NCBI GenBank assembly: GCA_963663385.2
Contig: CAXXXD010000003.1
Coordinates: 1,248,001-1,312,000, forward strand
Source of the DNA: Oceanispirochaeta sp.
GTDB lineage: Bacteria; Spirochaetota; Spirochaetia; DSM-2461
Length of the DNA: 64,000 bases
Direction: 5' to 3'
Shown in pieces: positions 10,545-20,164 of the stretch; the first letter of the stretch is position 1, and the number at the start of each line of letters is the position of its first letter. Position numbers and translations under genes: made by a program. Under the pieces are notes generated by a model, which searched no databases, had not been told where the DNA came from, and worked only from the letters and a program-made list of their open reading frames with translations.

Positions 10545-12200
10545 GTGGTTGAACCGCTTAAGAAATTAAACTCCTTCCAGAAAAGACGGGGACCCGTTGT
10601 CCTTTGTATTATGGATGGAGTCGGATATGGTAAATACGAAGAAGGTGATGCCTATAAAGCAGCAATCACCGAAACACTGGATTATTTGACGGCAAACTGT
10701 CCGGTTACCAGCCTGAAAGCCCATGGAACGGCTGTAGGTCTTCCCTCCGATGAGGATATGGGTAACTCAGAAGTCGGACATAACGCTATCGGATGCGGCA
10801 GGGTTTTTGCTCAGGGTGCCAAACTGGTTGCCAACTCTATTGATACCGGAGCCATGTTTACAGGGGACACCTGGAATAAACTTATAGAAAACGCCATAAG
10901 TAATGAGGGAATAATGCACTTTATCGGGCTTCTGTCCGATGGAAATGTTCACTCCCATATTGATCACCTTAAAGCAATGGTCGTAAAAGCCAAAGAAGCA
11001 GGTGTTAAGGGTGTTCGGGTACATGCGCTTCTGGATGGAAGGGATGTCGGTGAAACCTCAGCTCTGGATTATTTTGACCCCATGGAAGCATTTCTGGCGG
11101 AACTGTCTGATGATTCCTTTACTGCCTGTATCGCTTCCGGCGGCGGACGAATGCAGATAACCATGGACCGGTATGAAGCCCACTGGGCAATGGTAGAGAA
11201 GGGCTGGAAAACACATGTTCTGGGAGAAGGGGAACTCTTTTCTTCTGCTCATGAAGCAATTGTTTCTCTCAGGGAAAGAGCGGAAGTCATTGACCAGGAT
11301 CTTCCTCCCTTTGTGATTGCCGACGAAGACGGTCCTGTCGGAACCATTCAGGATGGAGACAGTGTTATCCTTTTCAACTTTCGCGGAGACAGGGCACTTG
11401 AAATTACGGCCGCCTTTGAAGGGGGCGAGGATTTTAATAAATTCGACAGGGTAAGGGTACCCAGAGTTGAATACGCCGGAATGATGGAGTATGACGGAGA
11501 CCTTCATGTTCCCGCTCAGTACCTTGTTAATCCCCCCACCATTAATAGAACAATGGCAGAATATCTGTGTGCCAATGGTGTTAAACAGTTCTCAATCAGT
11601 GAAACCCAGAAGTACGGTCATGTAACCTACTTTTTCAATGGAAACAAATCCGGTAAATTCAATGAAGAACTGGAAACATATGTGGAAATCCCTTCTGATG
11701 TAGTTCCTTTTGAACAGCGTCCTGCCATGAAGTGTGCCGAAATTACGGATAAACTGATTGAGGTAATAGGGAGCGGCGAATACGATTTTATCAAGCTGAA
11801 CTTCCCCAATGGAGATATGGTTGGCCATACAGGTGTTTTCCAGGCTGTTGTCTGTTCCATGGAAGCTATGGATCTGAATATCGGACGTCTGAAAACTGCC
11901 GTGGAAAAAGCCGGAGGAGTACTGCTTCTGACCGCTGATCATGGGAATTCCGATGATATGTACGAACATAATAAAAAAACCGGAGAGGTTTCCATGAATG
12001 AAAATGGAAAGCCAAAAGCCAAGACGGCTCATTCCCTGAATCCCGTTCCCTGTATCATCTATGATCCTGAATTCAAGAATGACTATTCTACGACTCTGAA
12101 AGAAGGTTTGGGAATCAGCTCGGTTACCGCCACCTGTCTTAACCTGCTGGGCTTTGAAGCTCCTGCGGATTATGATGAAAGTATACTGAATCTTAAATAG
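10545..12200 (+). CDS. gpmI: 2,3-bisphosphoglycerate-independent phosphoglycerate mutase
   Basis: MGNSEVGH, SDGNVHSH, DGRD, NFRGDR, ETQKYGHVT, DMVGHTG and TADHGN motifs. Confidence 0.95.
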   Translation: MVEPLKKLNSFQKRRGPVVLCIMDGVGYGKYEEGDAYKAAITETLDYLTANCPVTSLKAHGTAVGLPSDEDMGNSEVGHNAIGCGRVFAQGAKLVANSIDTGAMFTGDTWNKLIENAISNEGIMHFIGLLSDGNVHSHIDHLKAMVVKAKEAGVKGVRVHALLDGRDVGETSALDYFDPMEAFLAELSDDSFTACIASGGGRMQITMDRYEAHWAMVEKGWKTHVLGEGELFSSAHEAIVSLRERAEVIDQDLPPFVIADEDGPVGTIQDGDSVILFNFRGDRALEITAAFEGGEDFNKFDRVRVPRVEYAGMMEYDGDLHVPAQYLVNPPTINRTMAEYLCANGVKQFSISETQKYGHVTYFFNGNKSGKFNEELETYVEIPSDVVPFEQRPAMKCAEITDKLIEVIGSGEYDFIKLNFPNGDMVGHTGVFQAVVCSMEAMDLNIGRLKTAVEKAGGVLLLTADHGNSDDMYEHNKKTGEVSMNENGKPKAKTAHSLNPVPCIIYDPEFKNDYSTTLKEGLGISSVTATCLNLLGFEAPADYDESILNLK

Positions 12201-12224
12201 AATTTTTTAGAGACGGGTTTGTAT

Positions 12225-12261
12225 TGAACTGCCCCCAAATGTTGGAGAATATTTGGGGGGC
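12225..12261. repeat. hairpin between convergent genes; left arm resembles an IS3-family terminal repeat
   Basis: CCCCCAAATGTT-GGAG-AATATTTGGGGG stem; sequence begins TGAACTGCCCCCAAATGTTGGA. Confidence 0.55.
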
Positions 12262-12267
12262 TCTGTT

Positions 12268-14490
12268 TTATGGAAGTTTTCCTGCATTGATTTTTTCAAT
12301 AGCCCATAATGTATATCTGCGGACTTTTTTGTCCGGATCATTTTTTAGACTTTCCAGGATCTGTTCACTGTCATCATTGCGTAATTTTTCCATGGCCCGT
12401 ATGGAAAGAATCCGGATTTCCCTGCTGATATCCTTTACGGCATAAATCAGGCCATGCCAGGCCTTTACCGTACCAATAAGAATCAGATCTTCAGCCGCAT
12501 CTTTCCGTATTTTCTGTTTTCTGTTTTTAAGCCTTTTAATACAGATGTCAACATAACCTGTTTCATCCAGTATCTCGGAAATTGATCTATGCAATACGGC
12601 GTATTCTGCATTCCCCAGTATTTCCATAAGAGGCATTTCAAAGAGATCTCCTCCTCTGGAAAACAGTTTTATAAGTGATTGCCGGCAAACGGGAGTGCTG
12701 TCTTTGAAGAACATGACAAGTTCCTTTACCTCTGCATCAGATTTCTTATTGAGTAGAGCATGAATCAGAACATCCTCCAAATCGGGTTTCAATTCAAATA
12801 ATGGGACAAGGAGGGATAGGGAAATAATATTACAGGAGTACCCCAGTGCTTCGATAATAGAAAGAAGAACCGTTTCTTCCTCGTTAGGATCATTCAGTAT
12901 CCCCTTTAGAATCTGAAAAGAATCATCCTTATTCCACTGAATAAGGGCCCGGGATGTCTCGGCTCTTACTTTTTCTATGGGATCGTAGAGAAGATTTTGC
13001 ATCATATCCAGTGATTCCGTGTTATCAAGATCAACTAAAGCCCAAATTGCCGTAATCCGGGAGCTTGGATCGCTATCACTAAGGGATTCCTGGATTTCAG
13101 TAAGGAAGTCATGAATTCCTGTAAGAGCAATTAAACGAATCAGAGACTGTCTGACATCACCGTCACACTCTTTAAAAAGGTAGGCCGCCGTTTCAAGAAA
13201 TGATTCACGCGACCAGTGTAGAGTGGAACAACCAATGTCCTGAAGCTCCTCACGAGAAAATACAGGCAGGTTTTCCAGTATAAACTGAACAGTACTCTGT
13301 TCTCCAAAGTGGCAGAGGATTGACAGGGCTCTTTTTTTTACTCTGCTGTCCACTTCATTGCTGCGGACAAGATCATACATATCCCGTATAGAATAGGATT
13401 TTGGAAAACGCTGAAAACTGTCTATCAGGGCTTTTTCAGAAACAAATGACGGATTTTTCAGAAACTGTAGGAGAAGGGGATAAATCTCGACCGCTCCGTG
13501 TTCTGGAATATTCTCAAGAATAGTATTTAATATAACTTTATCATTAATATGATCATTTAATATCTGCCTTAGAAGTTCATAACTTTTACTTGTTTTTATG
13601 GAGAGCAGACATTCTACTGCCGTTTTCCGCGTCTTTTTTACCAAAAGGTTGGGATCACTGCTTTTCATTAAAAGTTCTATTATTGTTTCGCCAATCTTGC
13701 TGACAGCTCCGGCTGCCAATAATTCGATACCCAGAATAAGAGAACCTGCTGATTTAAAATTCTCCTTATGATCCAGAAAAGAACTGATCTGGCAGTGTAT
13801 AGCGGCGGCCAGAAGCTTTTTCCTGCGATTATAGTCTGCCATATCAGATAGGGTTGCCTCTTTGATCATACGATCGAAACACCCCTCCCTTTCCAGATAC
13901 AGAGAAGCGGCCAAGGCTGTGCCGCTATCCTTTTCCTGAAGAAAATGAATGGCCAGATCATGATCCATTGATGAGTCTTTATCCAGTAATTCTATGCAAT
14001 GTATTTTTTCTCTTCTTTCCAGATTCTCAGGATTTATAGTAAACAGATCCGAAAAATCTTTCCGGATTCTTTCCCGGGCAGCTTTTCGGACAGCCCAATT
14101 GGCATCTCTTAAATAGATTCTATAAATTCTGTTATAGAATTTTTGTCTGTCTTCAGGGCAGAAACGATTCAGTATTAAAATACGTATGCCGTAATAAGAG
14201 TCATCCAGAGAGTCCCAGATTAAGCGATTGGCTATACTGCTACCTGAGTACATGAGAATAGACAATGCCTGATAACGCAGGTGGATTCGGCTGCTGGACG
14301 CCAGTAAAAGGAGTTCTTCCTCCCAGTCAAGAAGAAGGGATTTCCAGGGTTGATTCATTTCAGAAAATTTTGGTCCCTCAAATTGGCTAGTAAGCCAGTT
14401 CAAAATATCCTGATCACCCATTAGCTCTTTCAGCTTTATTTTGCCTGATGGGGTATTTTTCAGTTGGAAAAGGAGATTTTTGTTTTTCAC
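12268..14490 (-). CDS. HEAT-repeat protein
   Basis: Repeated HEAT motifs (SRITAIWAL, VRAETSRAL, IRKDAAEDL, IRILSIRAM, DPDKKVRRYTLWAI). Confidence 0.8.
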   Translation of the reverse strand: MKNKNLLFQLKNTPSGKIKLKELMGDQDILNWLTSQFEGPKFSEMNQPWKSLLLDWEEELLLLASSSRIHLRYQALSILMYSGSSIANRLIWDSLDDSYYGIRILILNRFCPEDRQKFYNRIYRIYLRDANWAVRKAARERIRKDFSDLFTINPENLERREKIHCIELLDKDSSMDHDLAIHFLQEKDSGTALAASLYLEREGCFDRMIKEATLSDMADYNRRKKLLAAAIHCQISSFLDHKENFKSAGSLILGIELLAAGAVSKIGETIIELLMKSSDPNLLVKKTRKTAVECLLSIKTSKSYELLRQILNDHINDKVILNTILENIPEHGAVEIYPLLLQFLKNPSFVSEKALIDSFQRFPKSYSIRDMYDLVRSNEVDSRVKKRALSILCHFGEQSTVQFILENLPVFSREELQDIGCSTLHWSRESFLETAAYLFKECDGDVRQSLIRLIALTGIHDFLTEIQESLSDSDPSSRITAIWALVDLDNTESLDMMQNLLYDPIEKVRAETSRALIQWNKDDSFQILKGILNDPNEEETVLLSIIEALGYSCNIISLSLLVPLFELKPDLEDVLIHALLNKKSDAEVKELVMFFKDSTPVCRQSLIKLFSRGGDLFEMPLMEILGNAEYAVLHRSISEILDETGYVDICIKRLKNRKQKIRKDAAEDLILIGTVKAWHGLIYAVKDISREIRILSIRAMEKLRNDDSEQILESLKNDPDKKVRRYTLWAIEKINAGKLP

Positions 14491-14502
14491 GATACAAACC
14501 TT

Positions 14503-14979
14503 TTACTGCTGGAGTATATTTGAACAGATTTCATTTAGAATGCATAAGTCCCGGTACTTTTTACTCCCATAATAATTCAAATTACGGCTGTTCAATACTA
14601 CGATATCAGAAACAATCCCTTTTTTAAACAGCGGAAGTGCCATGGCGCTGTTCATTTTTTCATGAAAAAGCATATGATACAGAAAATTATCATCTTTTTT
14701 ATTCCTGATCATGATTTCTCCGCTTTCAAGGATAAAATCCACCCATTCAATTTGATACGAAAGAAGAGCGGGTACTTCATAAATACCCATCTTTGATTTT
14801 AGCCGGAATTCATTTTTTTTATCTGATTCGTCAAGAGTATACCAGGCTGTCAGATCTGAAGAGGACAAATCAAAAGAAGTCTGCGTATAGGATAGGATTA
14901 TGCCGGCTCTCCCTCTGGTTAAATCCGGTTTAAAAAGCAGTAGATCTGTTTCAGAGGAGGGAGAGTTACGAAATGGCAT
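14503..14979 (-). CDS. GAF-like domain protein
   Basis: C-terminal SAMALPLFKKGIVSDIVVLNS resembles a GAF beta-hairpin; AGGAG RBS upstream. Confidence 0.55.
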   Translation of the reverse strand: MPFRNSPSSETDLLLFKPDLTRGRAGIILSYTQTSFDLSSSDLTAWYTLDESDKKNEFRLKSKMGIYEVPALLSYQIEWVDFILESGEIMIRNKKDDNFLYHMLFHEKMNSAMALPLFKKGIVSDIVVLNSRNLNYYGSKKYRDLCILNEICSNILQQ

Positions 14980-14992
14980 GAAAAGCTCCTGG

Positions 14993-16474
14993 CTATTTAT
15001 TTAAGCACTTATTTACAGCGTCTTTCCATCCTTTATACAACGAATAGCTGTCTGTTTCACTCATTATTGGAGTAAAAATCCGATCTTCCTGCCAGATTTT
15101 CTGGATTTCTTCTACTGAATCCCAAAATCCGACAGCCAGACCTGCCATGTATGCGGCTCCCATAGCAGTTGTTTCTATTGATTTGGGACGTATTACGTCG
15201 CTTCTGTTCATATCACTCTGGATTTGCATCAGAATATTACTCCTCGAAGCGCCTCCATCTACCTTGATAGCTGTCAGTTTCATACCGGAATCCTGCTGCA
15301 TAACATCTATTACATCTTTGGAACGGTAGGCAATGGATTCCAGAGCAGCCCGGCAGATATGAGCCTTTGTCGAACCACGTGTTAAACCGGTAATTTCGGC
15401 ACGGGCCTCCATCGCCCAATAGGGGGCTCCCAGCCCCTGAAAAGCTGATACCAGATAAACACCTGCATTGTTGTCAGTTGTCTCTGCCAGTTCATCGCAT
15501 TCCGGCGCAGAACTGATAAGCCCGAGGTTGTCTCTCAGCCACTGGATTGTAGCCCCCCCCATGAAGATACTTCCTTCAAGGGCATAAGCTGTTTTACCGT
15601 TTATCTTCCAGGCAATGGTTGTCAGCAGGCCGTTTTTGGATTCCACAGGTGTATCCCCTGTATTCATCAGGGTAAAACATCCTGTTCCATAGGTATTCTT
15701 GACATCTCCCGAGTTAAGACACATCTGACCGAAAAGGGCAGCCTGCTGATCACCCGCTATTCCGGCAATCGGAATAGCCTCCCCGAATTCTTCCCTGTCT
15801 GTATAACCGTACACCTCACTGCAGGATTTTACTTCCGGCAGCAGGGAAGCAGGGATATCCAGGATATCCAGAAGCTCCCTGTCCCATTCCTGGGTATGAA
15901 TGTTATAGATAAGAGTACGGCTGGCATTGGTTACATCTGTAACATGAACCCGTCCCTTTGTCAGATTCCAGATCAGCCATGTGTCGATTGTTCCAAACAG
16001 AAGTTCCCCGGCTTCTGCTTTTTCCCTTGCACCTTCCACATTATCCAGGATCCACCTGATTTTTGTACCGGCAAAATAAGCGTCCAGGGGCAGTCCGGTT
16101 TTATTTCGGAAAACATTTTCATACCCCTTTTCCTTCAGTTTATAACAGAGTGGAGCAGTCCTTCTGCACTGCCATACGATAGCATTGTAGACAGGACAGC
16201 CTGTCTTCTTATCCCAGAGAACCGTTGTTTCCCTCTGGTTCGTTATACCGATCCCTGCTACGGAATTCAAGAACACACCCTCTTTTTTCAGAACCTCAAG
16301 CATCATATCCTTCTGACAGTTCCATATTTCCATGGCATCATGCTCTACCCACTGTTCCTGCGGATAATGCTGGGTAAATTCCCTCTGTGCCATATTCCTT
16401 ATTGTACCTTCTCTATCAATCAATAACGATCTGGAACTTGTGGTTCCTTGATCTAAAGCCATGATATACTTCAT
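14993..16474 (-). CDS. glpK: glycerol kinase
   Basis: [42 protein letters not shown] and DGGA motifs. Confidence 0.97.
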   Translation of the reverse strand: MKYIMALDQGTTSSRSLLIDREGTIRNMAQREFTQHYPQEQWVEHDAMEIWNCQKDMMLEVLKKEGVFLNSVAGIGITNQRETTVLWDKKTGCPVYNAIVWQCRRTAPLCYKLKEKGYENVFRNKTGLPLDAYFAGTKIRWILDNVEGAREKAEAGELLFGTIDTWLIWNLTKGRVHVTDVTNASRTLIYNIHTQEWDRELLDILDIPASLLPEVKSCSEVYGYTDREEFGEAIPIAGIAGDQQAALFGQMCLNSGDVKNTYGTGCFTLMNTGDTPVESKNGLLTTIAWKINGKTAYALEGSIFMGGATIQWLRDNLGLISSAPECDELAETTDNNAGVYLVSAFQGLGAPYWAMEARAEITGLTRGSTKAHICRAALESIAYRSKDVIDVMQQDSGMKLTAIKVDGGASRSNILMQIQSDMNRSDVIRPKSIETTAMGAAYMAGLAVGFWDSVEEIQKIWQEDRIFTPIMSETDSYSLYKGWKDAVNKCLNK

Positions 16475-16489
16475 TTAAAACCTCTAAAA

Positions 16490-16545
16490 CAATCAAATTA
16501 TAATCAATAAAGATCAAATTCGTAATCTTTAAAATCATTATCAAG
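16490..16545 (-). promoter_or_regulatory. glpK promoter region with helically phased AATC/TGATT repeats (possible DeoR/GlpR-type operator)
   Basis: ATC cores at 16492, 16503, 16513, 16525 and 16534; minus-strand TTACGA-N17-TATAAT (16525-16497) overlaps them. Confidence 0.45.
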
Positions 16546-16630
16546 CCAAACTCCCATTTTGTCCAATAATTTCGAAGTCAATAAAAAAATAAATCTATCT
16601 TAATTGGAAAATGACCGATATTATATTATT

Positions 16631-18820
16631 ATGGAGCTCATAAAAGTTACCACCGGTTTATTCTGGATTGAAATACCGGAAAAGAATTTCTACCTCATGT
16701 GCGGCTGTCCCATGGACAGTATAAAGCACCTCACTAATAAAGGTATAATAAAACAGCTCCAGAGCAGCACCCATTACAGGGAAAGCGGCCCCAATGCCAT
16801 TCTTCTTTCAGATCTATCTGTACAAAACGGCTATTTCTGTAATCTGGCAGAGTTCCCAATCCTTCATATGATGTATAAGCAGGGGATGGTTATTCCCGGA
16901 CATCCCGGTAACACTGGCCATAAACCCCGGATTATCGGGACGGAAGAGCAGGTAACGGCCCAGAAAAACTATATTTTCCGGGGGAACTACGGTCTGGCGT
17001 CCAAAGAAGAGCTTATGTTTTCCGGCTGTTCCAGTGATCTGGCTGATCAGATGTGGCAGCTCAAACTGAAATTCAACTTCAACACGATTCTTCCTCCCGA
17101 AAAATTAATCGAAACAACAGTTATAGGCGGCAGACCCGTCGAGTTAAAACCAGGGGTCATCCTGGAACGAACAGGCCTGAATCAGTATAAACTGAGCTGT
17201 AATGGCAAATCTGTTAATATCGATTTGAATCTTAAAAAAGAAGAAGTATACGAACCGCCCTACAAATTAAGCTACAAGAAGATCAAAAGAGAAGAATTTT
17301 CCATTATACATGTGGGAGAGGGAAACGGATGGGATAATTCCCGTCCCTGCATGGGCAGTGTCATTACATTTAAAGGGCGATTTTATTTGATAGACGCAGG
17401 CCCGAATATTGAATACTCCCTGAATGCTCTCGGTATAAGTGTCAACGAGATTGAGGGGATATTTCATACCCATATCCATGATGACCACTTCGCAGGTTTA
17501 ACCTATCTGATTATGGCAGATCACAAGATAAAGTACTTTGCGACCCCTGCTGTAATGACGACAGCCAAAAAGAAGCTGTCAGCCCTGATGGGGCAGGATG
17601 AATCCATGTTTGACCAGGTTCTGGATCCTGTTTCCCTGGACTGCGGCAGATGGAATAATCTTGATGGACTGGAAGTGAAGCCCCTTTTCTCTCCTCATCC
17701 AGTCGAAACAACCATCCTGTATTTCCGGGTAAAATACGGACGCTCCTATAAAACATATGCCCATTTGGCGGATGTTATTTCCAGAAGGGTCCTGGAAACT
17801 TTTGTTTCTTCCGAGCCGGGAATAGGTATAACCAGAGAGTGGTATGACAGGATATGGGACGGGTATCTGGAAAAAGCGGATATAAAAAAGATAGATGTAG
17901 GCGGAGGTCTGATACATGGCGCTGCCGCCGACTTTGCCAATGATCCTTCCGAAAGACTGATATTAAGCCATACCGACAGACCGCTGACAGAAGATGAGAA
18001 GAAAATTGGAGAAGGCATTATTTTCGGTACACAGGATGTCCTTATCTCTACAAAAGAAAACTATAACCGGGTACATGCCCGTCAGATTCTGGAAGACTAC
18101 TTCCCTGACATTGGGTCATCCCACCTCAAAGTACTTGTGAACAGCAGTGAAATCAGTTACAGAGCCGGAGACATTTTAGCTTCAAAAGGAGAAATGCTTG
18201 ATTCTGTTTATATCCTTCTATCCGGTAAACTTAATTATTTTTACGGAGAAGATGATTCTTATGCCGAATTAACATCCGGTACAATGATCGGGATAACAAA
18301 CAGCATCTGGGAAAAACCGACTGTAGGAGTATATCAGGCTTCCACCAATATCGAAACACTAAGAATCCCGATAAAGTTAATGAGGGATTTTCTGATTAAA
18401 AATAATCTGGCGGAAAGCCTGAGAGACAGGAATCAGATAGCCATGAATCTGAGGCGTTCCTATCTTTTCGGTTCCCGTATATCAAGCAGAAAGCTGGTTA
18501 AATTATCACAAAGGGCCGGTATCATTCATCTGCTTCCCGGCGATTGTATCCCCCGGGGATGGTCCAGGGATTTATACCTGATCAATAAAGGATCTATTGA
18601 TATACTTCATAAAGGAAAAGTCCTGAGAAAAATAAATCGGGGTGAATCCTGGGGGGGATATCCGGTTTATCCTATATGGAAAAAGCTGAAAATAGAGGCT
18701 CATGTCACTTCAGAATCACCCGTTGAACTTTACCGCTTCTCCTATGACCTTTTAAAAGAAATCCCGACTGTACAATGGAAGCTTTATCAACTCTGGTCCT
18801 GTTGGGATGCCGCTTATTAA
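16631..18820 (+). CDS. MBL-fold metallo-hydrolase with two C-terminal cyclic-nucleotide-binding-like domains
   Basis: LIDAG and HTHIHDDH MBL motif; CNB-like segments VYILLSGKL and LYLINKGSI; ATG at 16631 preferred over TTG at 16604. Confidence 0.75.
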   Translation: MELIKVTTGLFWIEIPEKNFYLMCGCPMDSIKHLTNKGIIKQLQSSTHYRESGPNAILLSDLSVQNGYFCNLAEFPILHMMYKQGMVIPGHPGNTGHKPRIIGTEEQVTAQKNYIFRGNYGLASKEELMFSGCSSDLADQMWQLKLKFNFNTILPPEKLIETTVIGGRPVELKPGVILERTGLNQYKLSCNGKSVNIDLNLKKEEVYEPPYKLSYKKIKREEFSIIHVGEGNGWDNSRPCMGSVITFKGRFYLIDAGPNIEYSLNALGISVNEIEGIFHTHIHDDHFAGLTYLIMADHKIKYFATPAVMTTAKKKLSALMGQDESMFDQVLDPVSLDCGRWNNLDGLEVKPLFSPHPVETTILYFRVKYGRSYKTYAHLADVISRRVLETFVSSEPGIGITREWYDRIWDGYLEKADIKKIDVGGGLIHGAAADFANDPSERLILSHTDRPLTEDEKKIGEGIIFGTQDVLISTKENYNRVHARQILEDYFPDIGSSHLKVLVNSSEISYRAGDILASKGEMLDSVYILLSGKLNYFYGEDDSYAELTSGTMIGITNSIWEKPTVGVYQASTNIETLRIPIKLMRDFLIKNNLAESLRDRNQIAMNLRRSYLFGSRISSRKLVKLSQRAGIIHLLPGDCIPRGWSRDLYLINKGSIDILHKGKVLRKINRGESWGGYPVYPIWKKLKIEAHVTSESPVELYRFSYDLLKEIPTVQWKLYQLWSCWDAAY

Positions 18821-18865
18821 CAGAACATCTGGAATTTTTTATTAAAATACAATAAAGTCCTCCTT

Positions 18866-20164
18866 ATGAGTAATTCAAACCATTATGATACTGTTATAAT
18901 TGGAACCGGTCCCGCCGGATTTGGAGCCGCATTTCATCTGATTGAGAAAAAACCCGATAGTAAAATCCTGATGCTGGAAAAAGAGAGTTTTTCAACAGGC
19001 GGTTTGCGTAACGACTGTAAAATGAACTTTACATATCCCATCGGATTCCCTCTGGACAACTGGTCTCAGGATGAGGCCGATCACTATCTCGAAATGGTCG
19101 AAGCCATTTTGAAACCGGATCTTATGTCCAAAAAGAATCTGAGGATCTATGAAGAAAGAGCTAAAACCCTGGGAGTAAATCTTCTGAACATTCGTCAGTC
19201 CCATCTCGGTACAGATGGGGGACTTCAGCTGATAAAGGATCTCTGTGCGCAGCTTGAAAAGCTGAATGTTACAATCAAACTGGGTATTGAGGCACAGGAT
19301 ATTTCTACTGATAGGAATACTGTCGTAACAACTGAGGGTGATTTTATCTATGATCATCTGATCGTTGCTCCCGGCCGTCACGGATTCCAGTTCCTTCAGA
19401 AAATGATGAACTCTCTTGGTATCTATTTTATCGATAATGTGGTTGATATCGGTATCCGTGTCGAAACCAGAATGGATCATTATCCTATTGTAAAAGATTA
19501 TTATGATCCAAAATTCCATTTCCCCGGAAAGGTAAGAACTTTCTGTACAAACAGCGGCAGTGCTTATGTGGTTCAGGAGAAGTACCATTCACAGGGGGGA
19601 CAGACTTTTTATAGTGTAAACGGTCATGCATGGTCAAAGGAAAAGAAAAGGCAGAATGATCTGGTGAATTTCGCCATGCTGAAAACGATACGTTTAACTG
19701 AACCACTTGCAAGCGGACACCGTTTCGGAGAAATACTGGGCCTGCAGGCTGCTTTATTAGGCGGAAATAAACCAATTATGCAGCGGGTAGGTGATTTTCG
19801 TCTCTCAAAAAGATCAAAACAGGATTCTTTTAATCACGATCTTTATGATTTTGAGCCAACCCTTAAAAACTGTACACCCGGTGATATTTCCCTGGCAATG
19901 CCTTCGAAAATTCTCAGAGCTATCTGGAAATCAATGAAACAGCTGGACACAATAATACCCGGTGTCCTGCATCCAAGTACAATTATGTACTATCCCGAAA
20001 TCAAAATGTATGCCAATAAACCCACTTTTCTAGACAGATATTTCCGGGTTCACGATAATATTTATATGATCGGTGACGGAGCTGGAACCAGTCGTGGAAT
20101 AACCGGCGCATGGGCAAGCGGAATCCGATCTGCCGAAGGAATATTAAGAAATTATGGAAAATAA
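18866..20164 (+). CDS. FAD-dependent oxidoreductase (COG2509-like)
   Basis: IIGTGPAG dinucleotide motif, VDIGIRVE, RTFCTN, VNGHA and IGDGAGTSRG. Confidence 0.85.
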   Translation: MSNSNHYDTVIIGTGPAGFGAAFHLIEKKPDSKILMLEKESFSTGGLRNDCKMNFTYPIGFPLDNWSQDEADHYLEMVEAILKPDLMSKKNLRIYEERAKTLGVNLLNIRQSHLGTDGGLQLIKDLCAQLEKLNVTIKLGIEAQDISTDRNTVVTTEGDFIYDHLIVAPGRHGFQFLQKMMNSLGIYFIDNVVDIGIRVETRMDHYPIVKDYYDPKFHFPGKVRTFCTNSGSAYVVQEKYHSQGGQTFYSVNGHAWSKEKKRQNDLVNFAMLKTIRLTEPLASGHRFGEILGLQAALLGGNKPIMQRVGDFRLSKRSKQDSFNHDLYDFEPTLKNCTPGDISLAMPSKILRAIWKSMKQLDTIIPGVLHPSTIMYYPEIKMYANKPTFLDRYFRVHDNIYMIGDGAGTSRGITGAWASGIRSAEGILRNYGK

